Shown here: positions 43,325-57,968 of the stretch, piece after piece | Layout of the letters: the number at the start of each line of letters is the position of its first letter | How positions within the stretch are numbered: the first letter of the stretch is position 1 | Assembly: GCA_963829775.1 (NCBI GenBank) | Contig: CAWHJY010000007.1 | Span: forward strand, 176,049-240,048 | Direction: 5' to 3' | Source: an uncultured beta proteobacterium | GTDB lineage: Bacteria > Pseudomonadota > Gammaproteobacteria > Burkholderiales > Casimicrobiaceae | DNA length: 64,000 bases | Notes under the pieces: generated by a model | The model's input: only the letters and a program-made list of their open reading frames with translations | The model's database searches: none | What the model was told of the DNA's origin: nothing | Made by a program: the position numbers and the translations under genes

Positions 43325-43599
43325 GGTGTTCTCCGTGCTTTCTGGATGTGATCGAGGGCGGGTGGCGATCTCATCGAATGCGGAGTCGCCAACCGACGAG
43401 TATAGCACCGAATGCGGCACCGCAACATCTCCGGTCTCCGAGCGCGGTCCGAAGTCGGTGTTTCCGCCGCCCATCGCCCCTGGGGGCGCGCCCGGGAGCG
43501 CGCACGGATCCGGCCTCGGCGACGCGCACCGGTGCGACCCGGCGCCGCAGGCCGGTCGGCGCGATCGGCGGCGCCCGTTGCACGGGGGCGGGCGGTCGC

Positions 43600-44493
43600 T
43601 CAGCGGCGCACGTGCAGGCGGCGCTCATGCAGCGCGAGCGCGATGCCGCTCGCGACGATCACCGCCATGCCGACGAACGACACGCCGTCCGGCAGCTGCC
43701 CGAACACCAACCCGCCGTAGACGGTGGCCCACAGCATCTGCAGGTAGGTGAACGGCGTCAGCAGCGACGCGGGGGCATGCTGGTACGCGTTGATCATGCA
43801 CCAGTGGCCGAGTCCGGCCAGCAGCCCCAGCAGCACCAGCAGCCCGAGATCGCGCGGCGCCAGCGCCGACAGGTCGACGATCCACGGCAGCGGGAGCGTC
43901 AGCCCGACGGTGCCGACCAGCGCGCTGTAGAAGAGCAGCGTCCGCGGGTCCTCGGCGGCGAGCTTGCGCGTGTAGAGCTGGTAGAGCCCGTTCGTCACCG
44001 CGGCGCCCAGGAGCAGGAGCGCCGCCGGGTGGAACACCGCGCCGCCCGGACGCACCAGCAGCAGGACGCCAAGGAAACCCGCGATGGCGGCCATCCAGCG
44101 CGCGCGCGTCGGTCGCTCGCCCAGCAGGGGTCCGGCGAGCAGGACGACGACGATCGGCGCGAGAAAGGTGATCGCCGAGCCCTCGGCCAGCGGCAGCCAC
44201 TTGAGGCCGCCGAAGAAGCAGACGGTCGCCGCCAGCAGGAACGACGATCGCAGCAGCTGCGCCCCCGGTCTCGTCGTCCGCCAGAAGCCGGGGCCGGCCT
44301 GGTGCCAGACGAACGGCGTCACGACGAGCATCTGTCCCGCGTAGCGCGCCCAGACGATGAGCAGCAGCGCGTGGTCGCGCACCAGCCACTTCGCCGTCGC
44401 GTCCAGCGACGACAGGCAGAAGCCCGCGAGGACGAACAGCGGCAGCGCGCGCCGCAGCGGGTGGGCGAGGGGCCCGCCCGCTCCGGTGGTCAC
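43600..44493 (-). CDS. DMT-superfamily (EamA-like) transporter
   Basis: 297 aa, 10 predicted TM helices, two EamA-like halves. Confidence 0.8.
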   Translation of the reverse strand: MTTGAGGPLAHPLRRALPLFVLAGFCLSSLDATAKWLVRDHALLLIVWARYAGQMLVVTPFVWHQAGPGFWRTTRPGAQLLRSSFLLAATVCFFGGLKWLPLAEGSAITFLAPIVVVLLAGPLLGERPTRARWMAAIAGFLGVLLLVRPGGAVFHPAALLLLGAAVTNGLYQLYTRKLAAEDPRTLLFYSALVGTVGLTLPLPWIVDLSALAPRDLGLLVLLGLLAGLGHWCMINAYQHAPASLLTPFTYLQMLWATVYGGLVFGQLPDGVSFVGMAVIVASGIALALHERRLHVRR

Positions 44494-44521
44494 GCCGCCC
44501 CGATCCCTCGCGCCGGGCGCG

Positions 44522-47239
<2,718 letters not shown>

Positions 47240-47263
47240 CTGTCTGCCTTTTTCGGAGGACGG

Positions 47264-47887
47264 TTACCGGGGGGCGGGTGTGGCCGGGGTCGCCGGCGTC
47301 GGCGGAGTCGCCTTGGCGGGGGCCGGCGGGGTGGCCGTCCGGCGCTCGCGCATTTCCTGCAGCTGCTTGACGTTGATCTTCTGGCCGGTCGCCGTCACCA
47401 GGTCGCCCGGGACGAGGCCGTCGCGGCACGGCCCGACGTGGCGGCCCTCGACGGTGGTCGTCGATTCCTTCATGCCCATGAACGGCGGGTCGTACGTCGC
47501 CTTGACCTCGGTGCGGTAGCCGGAGTCGCCCGTCAGCGTCATCACGCTGCGGGACTTCATCGCGGTGTTGCCGAGCGTGCACTCGGCCTCGCCGACGTAG
47601 CGGTTGCCTTGGCGCTTCATCGTCGACTTGGAGCACATCTCCTTGCGCATGCCCTCGCCGAAACCGGCCATTTCCTTCTGCACGCTGGCGTCGAGACAGT
47701 AGGTCGATTTCATCGGCTTGTCCGGGGACTGCGACGTGGTCGTCGTCAGCTCCCACTGGCCCGCCTTCAGCGACGGGTAATCCTGCGCGGCGGCGGGCGC
47801 GGCGGCGAGGGCGATTGCAGCGGCCGCGGCGAAGGCGGCGGCGGTCGGGAGGGTGCGCGTGGCGCGTGGTTCGCGGTGCATGGTCAT
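47264..47887 (-). CDS. DUF3617-like secreted protein
   Basis: [103 protein letters not shown]… Signal peptide plus a Cys pattern like DUF3617; Pro/Ala/Thr-rich tail. Internal Met of ORF 47264-49009. Confidence 0.55.
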   Translation of the reverse strand: MTMHREPRATRTLPTAAAFAAAAAIALAAAPAAAQDYPSLKAGQWELTTTTSQSPDKPMKSTYCLDASVQKEMAGFGEGMRKEMCSKSTMKRQGNRYVGEAECTLGNTAMKSRSVMTLTGDSGYRTEVKATYDPPFMGMKESTTTVEGRHVGPCRDGLVPGDLVTATGQKINVKQLQEMRERRTATPPAPAKATPPTPATPATPAPR

Positions 47888-49335
47888 GTCACCATCAGGT
47901 CGATGAACTCGTTGACAGGCATCGCCTCGAGCGCCTTGGCGTCGAGCGCGACATCGAGGATTGCCTGCTGCTGCTTCACCGGGAAGCGGCGGGCAAGGTT
48001 GGCGCGGAACTTCTCGACCAGCACCGGCATCCCTTCCTTGCGCCGGCGCCTGTGGCCGATCGGGTACTCGCATGCGACCTCCTTGAGTTTGCTGCCGTCG
48101 ATGAATTCCACGGTCAGCGCGTTGGCGATCGAGCGCTTGTCCGGGTCGTGGTAGTCGCGGGTGAACTGCGGGTCCTCGACGCAGACGATCCGGTCGCGCA
48201 GCGCGTCGATCCGCGGGTCGGCGGCTGTCGCGTCCTCGTAGTCGCCGGCGGTCAGGCGGCCGAACAGGATCGGCACGGCGACCATGTACTGGATGCAATG
48301 GTCGCGGTCGGCCGGGTTGTCGAGCGGCCCCTTCCTGTCGATGATGCGGATGCAGGCGTCGTGCGTACGGATGGTGATCCGCTTCACGTCGGCGGCGGTC
48401 TTGCCGACCCTGGCAAGGTGCCGGTGGATCTGCATCGCGCACTCGACTGCGGTCTGCGCGTGGAACTCGGCCGGGAAGCTGATCTTGAACAGCACGTTTT
48501 CCATGACGTAGCTGCCGTAGGGGCGCTGGAACCGGAACGGGTTGCCCCCGAACAGCACGTCGTAGAAGCCCCAGGTCTTCGCCGAGAGCGCCGACGGGCA
48601 GCCCATTTCGCCGGTCTTCGCGATCAGCGCCAGGCGCACGGCCCGCGACGTCGCGTCGCCGGCGGCCCAGCTCTTGCGGGAGCCGGCGTTGGGGGCGTGC
48701 CGGTAGGTGCGCAACGGCTGGCCGTCGACCCAGGCGAGCGACACCGCGTTGACGATCTCCTCCTCGGTGAGGCCGAGCATCTGCGCGATCACCGCCGTCG
48801 ACGCCACCTTGACCAGCACGACGTGGTCGAGGCCCACCTTGTTGAACGAGTTCTCCAGGGCGATGCAACCCTGGATCTCGTGCGCCTTGATCATCGCCGT
48901 GAGCACGTCCTTCATCGGCACCGGCGCCTTGCCGCCGGCGACCGCGGTGCGCGACAGCCAGTCGGCCGTCATCAGGATGCCGCCGAGGTTGTCCGACGGG
49001 TGCCCCCATTCCGCCGCGAGCCAGGTGTCGTTGAAGTCGAGCCAGCGGATCATCGCGCCGAGGTTGAACGCGGCCTGCACGGGGTCGAGCTGGAACGGGG
49101 TGCCGGGGACCTTCGCGCCGTGCGGCACGAGGGTTCCCGGCACGGTCGGACCCAGAAGCTTGGTGCAGGCCGGATACCCGAGTGCCTCGAAGCCGCAGCC
49201 CAGCGTGTCGAGCAGGCAGTAACGGGCGGTGTCGTACGCCTCCCGGCTGGTGATCCGGTACCGCGCGACGTAGCCGGCGATGTCGACGAGGACCTGGTCG
49301 GGCGTGGGGCGGACATTGGCGGCGGGGGCGGGCAT
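47884..49335 (-). CDS. prpD: 2-methylcitrate dehydratase
   Basis: 483 aa, intact. Near-collinear with E. coli PrpD (…[35 protein letters not shown]…[41 protein letters not shown]…). Confidence 0.92.
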   Translation of the reverse strand: MPAPAANVRPTPDQVLVDIAGYVARYRITSREAYDTARYCLLDTLGCGFEALGYPACTKLLGPTVPGTLVPHGAKVPGTPFQLDPVQAAFNLGAMIRWLDFNDTWLAAEWGHPSDNLGGILMTADWLSRTAVAGGKAPVPMKDVLTAMIKAHEIQGCIALENSFNKVGLDHVVLVKVASTAVIAQMLGLTEEEIVNAVSLAWVDGQPLRTYRHAPNAGSRKSWAAGDATSRAVRLALIAKTGEMGCPSALSAKTWGFYDVLFGGNPFRFQRPYGSYVMENVLFKISFPAEFHAQTAVECAMQIHRHLARVGKTAADVKRITIRTHDACIRIIDRKGPLDNPADRDHCIQYMVAVPILFGRLTAGDYEDATAADPRIDALRDRIVCVEDPQFTRDYHDPDKRSIANALTVEFIDGSKLKEVACEYPIGHRRRRKEGMPVLVEKFRANLARRFPVKQQQAILDVALDAKALEAMPVNEFIDLMVT

Positions 49336-49492
49336 GGCGCGGACTTCCGGGGCCGGCTCAGAGGCGCGCGCCCAGCGCGACCGACTTCCTGGGTCCGGGG
49401 GCGGCGGCGGTGACGTTCATGAGTCTGGAAGCGCGGGCGCGCTCAGCCGGCGGCGAGCGCGGCGCGGAAGTTCGCGCCCGGGGTGACCGTGG

Positions 49493-50512
49493 TCATCGGG
49501 CCCCGGCGGTGGAAGCGCGGGGTGGGACGGTCGGCGCGAGCAGGGCCATCGCCGCCGCGGGCAGCACGACCCCGGCAGCGCGTGCCTGCTGCAGGACGGT
49601 GAGGCAGTAGCGGTACGACGCGCGGTCGTGCAGGCGGCCGCCGACCGCGAGCGGTGCCCAGTCGGCGGCCTGCGCCGCGGAGAGCACCGCGGCCGCCTCG
49701 TCGATCTCGCCCGGATGCGGCGCGAACGCGCGGACGATGGGCTCGATCTGCGAAGGGTGGATGCTCCACATGCGCAGGAAGCCGAATTCGGCGCGCGCGC
49801 GCCGCGCGTCGGCATAGACGGCCTCGGGGTCGTCGAGGGCGCGCGTGACGCCGTGCGCCGGCACGATGGCGTGCGCGAGCGCGGCGGCGGCGGTCTCGCA
49901 CTTGGCGCGACGGACGAGCGGGTGGTCGAACTGGCCCGGCGATTCCATCGCCGAAAGAGGCACCGCGCCGTGGTGCGAACTGACGAAGTCCAGGGTGCCG
50001 AAGTCCAGCGACACCACGCCGGGCAGCGCCGCGATCGCCCAGGCGTCGTGGACGGCGCCGTGGGTCTCGACGAGCACGCTGGCCGGGATCTCGCGGCCGA
50101 GGCCGCGGCGCGCCGTCTGCAGCGCGAGGGCGTCGAGGAACCGCGCGACGTCGCCGGCGTCGCGCGCCTTCGGCAGCGTCACGAACGCGAGCCGGTGGCC
50201 CGCCTCGCCGACCAGGATCTCCAGTTCTTCGCCGAAGGCCGGGTGGGTGACGTCGTGGACGCGCACGCCGGCGCGGTCGTGCACGTTGGCCGTCGAGGCC
50301 AGCAGCCGCGCGACCATCGCCGCGTGCGCGCGCTCGGCGCCGACCGCGGCGCCGTCCTCGCAGTCGGCCGCGACGTCGAATACCGGCCCGCGTTCGGCCT
50401 GCAGCGCCAGCGCGCGGGCGATGAAGCGCTCGCTGCCGGCGTAGTGCACGCACGGCGGCAGGACCGGCAGTGCGCGGTCCTGGCCGTACAGCGCCGCCTG
50501 CGGCGAGAGCAT
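49493..50512 (-). CDS. HpcH/HpaI aldolase/citrate lyase family protein (CitE-like CoA-ester lyase)
   Basis: 339 aa, MLSPQAALYGQDRALPVLPP…VLVETHGAV…FGFLRMWSIHPSQIEPI… CitE-like motifs. Internal Met of ORF 49493-51334. Confidence 0.75.
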   Translation of the reverse strand: MLSPQAALYGQDRALPVLPPCVHYAGSERFIARALALQAERGPVFDVAADCEDGAAVGAERAHAAMVARLLASTANVHDRAGVRVHDVTHPAFGEELEILVGEAGHRLAFVTLPKARDAGDVARFLDALALQTARRGLGREIPASVLVETHGAVHDAWAIAALPGVVSLDFGTLDFVSSHHGAVPLSAMESPGQFDHPLVRRAKCETAAAALAHAIVPAHGVTRALDDPEAVYADARRARAEFGFLRMWSIHPSQIEPIVRAFAPHPGEIDEAAAVLSAAQAADWAPLAVGGRLHDRASYRYCLTVLQQARAAGVVLPAAAMALLAPTVPPRASTAGAR

Positions 50513-50529
50513 GCGCGGAACGCGGCGGA

Positions 50530-51516
50530 TCAGCGCAGCAGGTCGGCGACGCCGGCGCGCTCTTCCTCGAGCTCCTTCAGCGTCAGGTTCATCCGCTCGC
50601 GGGAGAAGTCGTCGATGGGCAGGCCCTGGACGACCGTGTACTCGCCGCCGGCGCAGGTGACCGGGAAGCCGTACATGACGTCCTTGGGAATCCCGTAGCT
50701 GCCGTCGGAGGCGATGCCCATCGTCACCCACTTGCCGCCGGTGCCGAGCATCCAGTCGCGGATGTGGTCGATCGCCGCGTTGGCGGCCGATGCGGCCGAC
50801 GACAGCCCGCGCGCCTCGATGATCGCGGCGCCGCGCTTGCCGACCTTGGGCAGGAATTCGGTGCGGTTCCAGTTCTCGTCGCCGATCAGGTCCTTGACCG
50901 ACTTGCCGCCGACGGTGGCGAAGCGGTAGTCGGCGTACATCGTCGGCGAATGGTTGCCCCAGACGACCATCTTCTCGAAGTCGCCGACGGCGGTGCCGCT
51001 CTTCGCCGCGAGTTGCGACAGCGCGCGGTTGTGGTCGAGCCGCAGCATGGCGGTGAAGTTCCTGGCGGGCAGCGACGGCGCCGACTTCATCGCGATGTAG
51101 GCGTTGGTGTTGGCCGGGTTGCCGACGACCAGGATGCGGACATCGCGGGCGGCGACGGCGTCGAGCGCCTTGCCCTGCTCGGTGAAGATCTTGGCGTTCT
51201 CGAGCAGCAGATCCTTGCGCTCCATGCCCGGACCGCGGGGTCGGGCGCCGACCAGCAGCCCCACCTGGGCGTCCTTGAACGCCACCTTGGGGTCGGCGGT
51301 GCCGGCCATTCCGGCGAGCAGCGGGAATGCGCAATCCTCGAGCTCCATCATCACGCCCTTCAGCGCCGCCTGCGCCTTGTCCATCGGCAGCTCGAGGAGC
51401 TGGAGGATGACCGGCTGATCGCGGCCGAGCATTTCGCCGGAGGCGATGCGGAACAGCAGGCTGTAACCGATCTGGCCGGCGGCGCCGGTGACCGCTACGC
51501 GGATGGGCTTCTTCAT
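50530..51516 (-). CDS. mdh: Malate dehydrogenase (LDH-like MDH type 2)
   Basis: [44 protein letters not shown]…[10 protein letters not shown]… 328 aa. Start at Met26 of ORF 50530-51591. Confidence 0.93.
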   Translation of the reverse strand: MKKPIRVAVTGAAGQIGYSLLFRIASGEMLGRDQPVILQLLELPMDKAQAALKGVMMELEDCAFPLLAGMAGTADPKVAFKDAQVGLLVGARPRGPGMERKDLLLENAKIFTEQGKALDAVAARDVRILVVGNPANTNAYIAMKSAPSLPARNFTAMLRLDHNRALSQLAAKSGTAVGDFEKMVVWGNHSPTMYADYRFATVGGKSVKDLIGDENWNRTEFLPKVGKRGAAIIEARGLSSAASAANAAIDHIRDWMLGTGGKWVTMGIASDGSYGIPKDVMYGFPVTCAGGEYTVVQGLPIDDFSRERMNLTLKELEEERAGVADLLR

Positions 51517-51689
51517 GGCGGGGCTCCTCGTGAGGGAACGGTGCGAAGTTGCGGCATGTCGGCGGCGATGGTGCGGGCAGTACGGCACCACCCTCCGGAG
51601 CCCGGCGTGCTGCCGACCCTGGCTGGCGTTACCGCAGCAACGTTTCGCACCATGCTGCGCTGCGAAACATTCTAGGCGTGCCGATCGAT

Positions 51690-51745
51690 GGTTGTCAACG
51701 AACTCTTATATCTTATATCTTATATAAGACAAGAGATAGACAACC
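51690..51745. promoter_or_regulatory. 56-bp palindromic putative GntR-family operator in the divergent mdh/gntR promoter region
   Basis: GGTTGTCAACGAACTCTTATATCTTATATCTTATATAAGACAAGAGATAGACAACC. Outer arms GGTTGTC/GACAACC, inner TCTTATAT/ATATAAGA, and three tandem TCTTATA heptamers. Located in the AT-rich patch 51660-51780, about 100 bp upstream of gntR. Confidence 0.5.
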
Positions 51746-51851
51746 ACGACGCGCCGGCCAATAATACGCGCTGTCGCGTCCCCGGCCAGCCCCTCCGCGT
51801 CGCGCGAGGCGCCCGCCCGGGTGCCGACGAATTCCGCCTCGCGCAGTCGAC

Positions 51852-52583
51852 ATGGCCCCCACGTCCCCGACCTTCCAGCCCCTCTACCTCCAGATCAAGG
51901 CGCTGCTGGTGCGCAGCCTGGACACCGGGGAATGGCGCCCCGGCGAGGCGATCCCGAGCGAGATCGAACTGGCGGGGCGCTTCAACGTGTCCCAAGGCAC
52001 GGTCCGCAAGGCGATCGACGCGCTGGCCATCGACAGGATGGTCGTCCGCCGCCAGGGCAAGGGCACGTTCGTCGCGACCCATACCGAGGAGAAGAGTTCG
52101 TCGTTCCGGTTCCTGCGCATCCGCCGCAACGACGGCATCGACGAGTATCCAAAGAGCCGGCTCCTCGACCTCAAGCGTGCCAAGGCCGGCGCCGAAACGG
52201 CCCGGCTGCTCGACATCAGGCCGGGCGACCCCGTCATCGTCCTGAAGCGGGTCCTCAACTATGCGGGCGAACCGGCGGTCCTCGACGAAATCACGCTTCC
52301 GGCGGTGCTTTTCCGCGGCCTCACCCGGGCGAAGCTCGACGCGCACCAAGGCTCGATGTACAGCTTTTTCGAGACGCACTTCGGGGTGCGGATGCTCAAG
52401 GCCGACGAGCGGCTGCGGGCGATCGGCGCCGACGACGCGACCGCGCAGATCCTGGGCGTCGGCGTTGGCACCCCGTTGCTTGCGGTCGAGCGGGTCGCAT
52501 ACACCTACGGCGATCGTCCCGTGGAGGTCCGGCGCGGACTCTGCGCGACGCGGTTGACCCATTACCACAACGAACTCGGATGA
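51852..52583 (+). CDS. GntR-family transcriptional regulator (HutC subfamily, UTRA effector domain)
   Basis: 243 aa. …LYLQIKALLVRSLDTGEWRPGEAIPSEIELAGRFNVSQGTVRKAIDAL (wHTH), with a UTRA-like C-terminus. Confidence 0.85.
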   Translation: MAPTSPTFQPLYLQIKALLVRSLDTGEWRPGEAIPSEIELAGRFNVSQGTVRKAIDALAIDRMVVRRQGKGTFVATHTEEKSSSFRFLRIRRNDGIDEYPKSRLLDLKRAKAGAETARLLDIRPGDPVIVLKRVLNYAGEPAVLDEITLPAVLFRGLTRAKLDAHQGSMYSFFETHFGVRMLKADERLRAIGADDATAQILGVGVGTPLLAVERVAYTYGDRPVEVRRGLCATRLTHYHNELG

Positions 52584-52983
52584 CCGGCCCCGGACGATCG
52601 GCGCGGCGCCCGCGCACCGCGTCACCGCGTGTGCCGGCAGGGCGGGACGCGCATGGACGAGGTGAATGTCCTTCCGGCGCCCGGCGTCACGGATGCGCGG
52701 TTCCGGCGAAACACGATATACTTTATTGCTGTGCACCAACCCGCCGGACGGCGTGGCGCACGCGCGGTTTCGCGGCCGATTTCCGGCCCCGGCGTGTTGC
52801 GACTCTGCCCGAACCGGCGACGTTTGAAACCTGCCGCCCCGATGCCCCGATCCCGGACCCCGTTCGCCCGCCCGGCGCGCCCCGCGCGCCCGGAAACGGT
52901 ATCGATCGGGCAGGCGCGTGTCTTCGCAGTTCCCGCCGCGGGCCCCCGCGTCGTTTCCTTCCACCAACGTGACGAGTCCCGCC

Positions 52984-53382
52984 ATGTCCGTGCTTGAGCG
53001 ACCCGTGGTCAAGCCGCGACCGGTACACCTCGATCTCGTGCGGATCCGACTGCCGCTTCCCGGCATCGTGTCGATCCTGCACCGGGTCTCCGGCGCGCTG
53101 CTGTTCCTGTTCGGCATTCCGCTGCTTCTCTTTGCGCTCGCCGCGAGCCTCGGCTCCGCGGCCGCGTTCGCGGAGATGAAGGCGGCCTGGTCGAACCCGG
53201 TGGCGAAGCTCGCACTGCTTGGATTTGCCTGGGCCTACCTCCACCATTTCTGCGCCGGCATCCGCTACCTGCTGCTCGATCTCCACCGGGGCGTCGACCT
53301 GCCGGCCGCGCGGCGCTCGAGCGTGATCGTGCTCGTCGTCAGCATCGCGCTGACGCTCATCGTCGGGGTGCGGCTATGGTGA
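52984..53382 (+). CDS. sdhC: Succinate dehydrogenase cytochrome b556 subunit
   Basis: [41 protein letters not shown]… 3 TM helices. Internal Met23 of ORF 52918-53382. Confidence 0.85.
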   Translation: MSVLERPVVKPRPVHLDLVRIRLPLPGIVSILHRVSGALLFLFGIPLLLFALAASLGSAAAFAEMKAAWSNPVAKLALLGFAWAYLHHFCAGIRYLLLDLHRGVDLPAARRSSVIVLVVSIALTLIVGVRLW

Positions 53383-53732
53383 CCCGGCGGCAGGTGGTCG
53401 GGGCCCACTACGGCCTCAAGGACTGGCTCGTCCAGCGCGTCACCGCGGTGGTGGTGGCGCTCTACACGCTGCTCGTGCTCGCGATCGTCCTGGTGAACGG
53501 CGGCGTCGACCACGGCCTGTGGCTGGCGCTGTTCGCGAACGCCGCGTTCAGGCTGGCGAGCTTCCTGTTCATGGTTTCGCTGCTCTACCACGCGTGGATC
53601 GGCGTGCGCGACATCTTCATGGACTACATCAAGCCGGTCGGGCTGCGCCTCGCGCTGTCGGCGGCGACGGTGGTGCTGCTCGTCGCCTACCTCGGCTGGA
53701 CCATCCAGATCCTGTGGGGAGTCCGCGCATGA
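53376..53732 (+). CDS. sdhD: Succinate dehydrogenase hydrophobic membrane anchor subunit
   Basis: 118 aa, 3 TM helices. Overlaps sdhC and sdhA in the operon. Confidence 0.85.
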   Translation: MVTRRQVVGAHYGLKDWLVQRVTAVVVALYTLLVLAIVLVNGGVDHGLWLALFANAAFRLASFLFMVSLLYHAWIGVRDIFMDYIKPVGLRLALSAATVVLLVAYLGWTIQILWGVRA

Positions 53733-55495
53733 GCCGCCTGTCAGTCCGGAAGTTCGACGCCATCGTGGTCGGTGCGGGCGGGTCCGGCATGCGCGCGTCG
53801 CTGCAGCTCGCCGAGGCGGGGCTGTCGGTGGCCGTGCTGTCGAAGGTCTTCCCTACGCGGTCGCACACCGTGGCGGCCCAGGGTGGCATCGGCGCCAGCC
53901 TCGGCAACATGAGCGAGGACAACTGGCTCTGGCACATGTACGACACGATCAAGGGCTCCGATTGGCTCGGCGACCAGGACGCGATCGAGTTCATGTGCCG
54001 CGAGGCGGCCCACGTCGTCTACGAGCTCGAGCACTTCGGGATGCCGTTCGACCGGAACGCCGACGGCACCATCTACCAGCGGCCGTTCGGCGGCCACATG
54101 GCCAACTTCGGCGAGACGCCGGTGCAGCGTGCCTGCGCCGCCGCGGATCGCACCGGGCACGCGCTGCTGCACACGCTCTACCAGCGCAATGTCCGCGCGC
54201 GGACGCAGTTCTTCGTCGAGTGGATGGCGCTCGACCTCGTCCGCGACGCCGACGGCGCGGTCGTCGGCGTGGTCGCGCTGGAGATGGAAACCGGCGAGGT
54301 CATGATCCTGCAGGCGAAGGCGACGATGCTGGCGACCGGCGGCGCGGGCCGGATCTTCGCCGCGTCGACCAACGCGTTCATCAACACCGGGGACGGGCTC
54401 GGCATGGTCGCGCGCGCCGGGCTCCCGCTGCAGGACATGGAGTTCTGGCAGTTCCACCCGACCGGCGTTGCCGGCGCCGGCGTGCTGATCACCGAGGGGG
54501 TGCGCGGCGAGGGCGGCATCCTGCTCAACAGCAACGGCGAGCGCTTCATGGAGCGCTACGCGCCCAACGCGAAGGACCTGGCGTCGCGCGACGTCGTCAG
54601 CCGCTCGATGGACCAGGAGATCAAGGAAGGGCGCGGCTGCGGTCCCGAAAAGGACCACGTGCTGCTGAAGCTCGACCACCTCGGACCCGAGGTCATCCTC
54701 AAGCGGCTGCCGTCGATCCGCGAAATCGCGCTCAAGTTCGCCAACGTCGACTGCATCAAGGAACCGATCCCGGTGGTGCCGACGATCCACTATCAGATGG
54801 GCGGCATCCCGACCAACGTCCACGGGCAAGTCGTCGCCCCAAAGGACGGCGACGAGCGCACCGTCGTCGAGGGCCTGTACGCCGTCGGCGAATGCGCCTG
54901 CGTGTCGGTGCACGGCGCCAACCGGCTCGGCACCAACTCGCTGCTCGACATCGTCGTCTTCGGCCGCGCCGCCGGCAACTTCATCGTCGACCAGCACCTG
55001 AAGGCCCAGGGACATCGTGCGCTGCCGGCGGACGCCGGCGACGGCGTGCTGGCCCGCCTGGCGCGCCTCGACGGCGCCGCGTCCGGAGAGTCGGTGGCCG
55101 ACGTCGGCAATGCCCTGCGCAAGTCGATGCAGACCCACTGCGGCGTGTTCCGCAACCAGCAGCTGCTGGCGGAGGGCGTGCGCAAGGTGTTCGAGATCGA
55201 GGAACGCGTCAAGCACGTGGCGATCAAGGACAGGAGTCGCACGTTCAACACCGCGCGCGTCGAGGCGCTGGAGCTCGACAACCTGATCGAGACGGCGAAG
55301 GCGACGATCGTGTCGGCCGAGGCGCGACGCGAATCGCGGGGTGCGCAGGCCCGCAGCGACTACCCGGACCGCGACGACGCCGGCTGGCTGAAGCACACCC
55401 TGTGGTACCGCGAGGGCAACCGCCTCGCCTACAAGTCCGTCAACATGAAGCCGCTGTCGGTCGACGCGTTCCCGCCGAAGACACGGTCTTACTGA
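53729..55495 (+). CDS. sdhA: Succinate dehydrogenase flavoprotein subunit
   Basis: [23 protein letters not shown]…SHTVAAQGG (FAD His)… 588 aa, intact. ATGA overlap with sdhD. Confidence 0.95.
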   Translation: MSRLSVRKFDAIVVGAGGSGMRASLQLAEAGLSVAVLSKVFPTRSHTVAAQGGIGASLGNMSEDNWLWHMYDTIKGSDWLGDQDAIEFMCREAAHVVYELEHFGMPFDRNADGTIYQRPFGGHMANFGETPVQRACAAADRTGHALLHTLYQRNVRARTQFFVEWMALDLVRDADGAVVGVVALEMETGEVMILQAKATMLATGGAGRIFAASTNAFINTGDGLGMVARAGLPLQDMEFWQFHPTGVAGAGVLITEGVRGEGGILLNSNGERFMERYAPNAKDLASRDVVSRSMDQEIKEGRGCGPEKDHVLLKLDHLGPEVILKRLPSIREIALKFANVDCIKEPIPVVPTIHYQMGGIPTNVHGQVVAPKDGDERTVVEGLYAVGECACVSVHGANRLGTNSLLDIVVFGRAAGNFIVDQHLKAQGHRALPADAGDGVLARLARLDGAASGESVADVGNALRKSMQTHCGVFRNQQLLAEGVRKVFEIEERVKHVAIKDRSRTFNTARVEALELDNLIETAKATIVSAEARRESRGAQARSDYPDRDDAGWLKHTLWYREGNRLAYKSVNMKPLSVDAFPPKTRSY

Positions 55496-55536
55496 AGCAC
55501 CCGAGGCGAGTCGATCGAGCCACCACGGAGCCCAGG

Positions 55537-56232
55537 ATGAAATTCCGCATCTATCGCTACGACCCCGAGCAGGACGCCAAGCCCCGCTACCAGGATTACG
55601 ACGTCGCGCTCGAGCCCACCGATCGGATGCTGCTCGACGCGCTGATCCGCCTCAAGTCGGTCGACGACACCCTGGCGTTCCGCCGCAGCTGCCGCGAGGG
55701 CGTCTGCGGTTCCGACGCGATGAACATCAACGGCAAGAACGGCCTCGCCTGCATCACCAACCTGAGGGAGCTCAAGGAGCCGGTCGAGCTGCGGCCGCTG
55801 CCCGGCTTGCCGGTCATCCGCGACCTGATCGTGGACATGAGCCAGTTCTTCAAGCAGTACCATTCGATCAAGCCGTACCTCGTCAACGACACGCCGCCGC
55901 CGGAGAAGGAACGGCTGCAGTCGCCCGAGGACCGCGAGGAGCTCGACGGCCTCTACGAGTGCATTCTCTGCGCGTGCTGCTCGACGTCGTGCCCGTCGTT
56001 CTGGTGGAATCCGGACAAGTTCGTCGGGCCGGCCGGCCTGCTGCAGGCTTACCGCTTCATCGCCGACTCGCGCGACCAGGCGACCAACGAGCGGCTCGAC
56101 AACCTCGAGGACCCGTACCGCCTGTTCCGCTGCCACACGATCATGAACTGCGTCGACGTCTGTCCCAAGGGCCTGAACCCGACGCTCGCGATCGGCAAGA
56201 TCAAGGAAGTCATGGTCAAGCGCGCCGTCTAG
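55537..56232 (+). CDS. sdhB: Succinate dehydrogenase iron-sulfur subunit
   Basis: [23 protein letters not shown]…[21 protein letters not shown]…[12 protein letters not shown]…[15 protein letters not shown]. Three Fe-S cluster motifs. Confidence 0.95.
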   Translation: MKFRIYRYDPEQDAKPRYQDYDVALEPTDRMLLDALIRLKSVDDTLAFRRSCREGVCGSDAMNINGKNGLACITNLRELKEPVELRPLPGLPVIRDLIVDMSQFFKQYHSIKPYLVNDTPPPEKERLQSPEDREELDGLYECILCACCSTSCPSFWWNPDKFVGPAGLLQAYRFIADSRDQATNERLDNLEDPYRLFRCHTIMNCVDVCPKGLNPTLAIGKIKEVMVKRAV

Positions 56233-56243
56233 GCAGGCGCGCG

Positions 56244-56483
56244 GTGACGCCGACCGAACTGAATCGACTGCGCTGGCGCTGCCGGCGCGGCATGCTGGAG
56301 AACGACCTGATCCTCGCGCGGTTTCTCGAGGCGCGCGGAGCGGGGTTGTCGGAGGGGGAGGTGGCGGCGCTGGACCGGCTGCTCGACCTCGCCGACAACG
56401 AGTTGTGGGACCTGCTGGCGGGCCGCATCGAGCCCGACGACCCGGCGCTCGCGCCGTTGGTCGCCGTGCTGCGGACGGCGTGA
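56244..56483 (+). CDS. sdhE: FAD assembly factor SdhE (DUF339)
   Basis: GTG start. VTPTELNRLRWRCRRGMLENDLILARFLEARGAGLSEGEVAALDRLLDLADNELWDLLAGR… RGxxE motif. 79 aa. Confidence 0.75.
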   Translation: MTPTELNRLRWRCRRGMLENDLILARFLEARGAGLSEGEVAALDRLLDLADNELWDLLAGRIEPDDPALAPLVAVLRTA

Positions 56484-56630
56484 TCCCGCCCCCGGCCGCA
56501 TCGGGGCGGAAGTGGCAGGCGGCAGGCGCATCAGTGCAGGACCGACGCAACGCAGCATCGCAACCGCAGACCCCGCGGGACGGGATGTCCCGCAGCCCGG
56601 GCAGCCAAGACTGCGCATGGAGCACGTGAG

Positions 56631-57968
56631 ATGAGCGAAAACCGCAATGCCACGCTGACATTCTCCGACGGTTCGCCGTCGGTCTCGTTCCCGATCCTCT
56701 CCGGATCGGTCGGTCCGGACGTCATCGATATCCGAACGCTGTACGGCAAGACGGGGAAGTTCACCTACGACCCCGGCTTCCTGTCGACGGCCTCGTGCAA
56801 TTCGGCGATCACGTACATCGACGGCGACAAGGGCGAGCTCCTCTACCGCGGCTACCCGATCGACGAACTCGCGGTCGGGTGCGACTTCATGGAGGTCTGC
56901 CACCTCCTGCTCTACGGCGAATTGCCGACTGCCGCCCAGCGCGACAAGTTCGTCGGCCGCGTGACCAACCACACGATGGTCAACGAGCAGATGCAGTTCT
57001 TCCTGCGCGGGTTCCGCCGCGACGCGCACCCGATGGCCGTGATGACGGGGCTGGTCGGCGCGATGAGCGCGTTCTACCCGGACTCGATCAACCTGCACGA
57101 CGCGCACCAGCGCGACATCTCCGCGATCCGGCTGATCGCCAAGATGCCCACGCTGGTGGCGATGGCCTACAAGTACTCGGTCGGCCAGCCGTTCATGTAT
57201 CCGCGCAACGACCTCTCCTACGCCGGCAATTTCATGCGGATGATGTTCGCGACGCCCTGCGAGGACCACAAGTCGAACGAGGTGCTGGTCCGGGCGATGG
57301 ACCGGATCTTCATCCTCCACGCCGACCACGAGCAGAATGCGTCGACGTCGACGGTGCGGCTGTGCGCATCGTCGGGCACCAACCCGTTCGCCGCGATCGC
57401 GGCCGGCGTGGCCTGCCTCTGGGGCCCGGCGCACGGCGGCGCCAACGAGGCCTGCCTCAACATGCTCTACGACATCCAGAAGCAGGGCGGGGTGGCGAAG
57501 ATCGGCGAGTACATCGACAAGGTCAAGGACAAGAACAGCACGGTCAAGCTGATGGGGTTCGGCCACCGCGTCTACAAGAACTACGACCCGCGGGCGAAGC
57601 TGATGCGCGAGACCTGCCACGAGGTGCTGACCGAGCTCGGGCTGCACGACGACCCGCTGTTCAAGCTCGCGATGGCGCTGGAGAAGATCGCCCTCGAGGA
57701 CGACTACTTCGTCTCGCGCAAGCTCTACCCGAACGTCGACTACTACTCGGGGATCGTGCAGAAGGCGATCGGCATCCCGGTGCCGCTGTTCACGGCGATC
57801 TTCGCGCTGGCCCGGACCGTCGGCTGGATCGCGCAGCTCAACGAGATGATCGCCGATCCCGAGTACAAGATCGGCCGGCCGCGGCAGCTGTTCACCGGCG
57901 CCACTCGCCGCGTCGTGCAGCCGATCAGCCAAGCGCTGAGCGCCGCCCGCGGGAGAGCGATGCCATGA
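56631..57968 (+). CDS. gltA: Citrate synthase (type II)
   Basis: 445 aa, …[15 protein letters not shown]…; full-length hexameric citrate synthase homology. Confidence 0.93.
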   Translation: MSENRNATLTFSDGSPSVSFPILSGSVGPDVIDIRTLYGKTGKFTYDPGFLSTASCNSAITYIDGDKGELLYRGYPIDELAVGCDFMEVCHLLLYGELPTAAQRDKFVGRVTNHTMVNEQMQFFLRGFRRDAHPMAVMTGLVGAMSAFYPDSINLHDAHQRDISAIRLIAKMPTLVAMAYKYSVGQPFMYPRNDLSYAGNFMRMMFATPCEDHKSNEVLVRAMDRIFILHADHEQNASTSTVRLCASSGTNPFAAIAAGVACLWGPAHGGANEACLNMLYDIQKQGGVAKIGEYIDKVKDKNSTVKLMGFGHRVYKNYDPRAKLMRETCHEVLTELGLHDDPLFKLAMALEKIALEDDYFVSRKLYPNVDYYSGIVQKAIGIPVPLFTAIFALARTVGWIAQLNEMIADPEYKIGRPRQLFTGATRRVVQPISQALSAARGRAMP

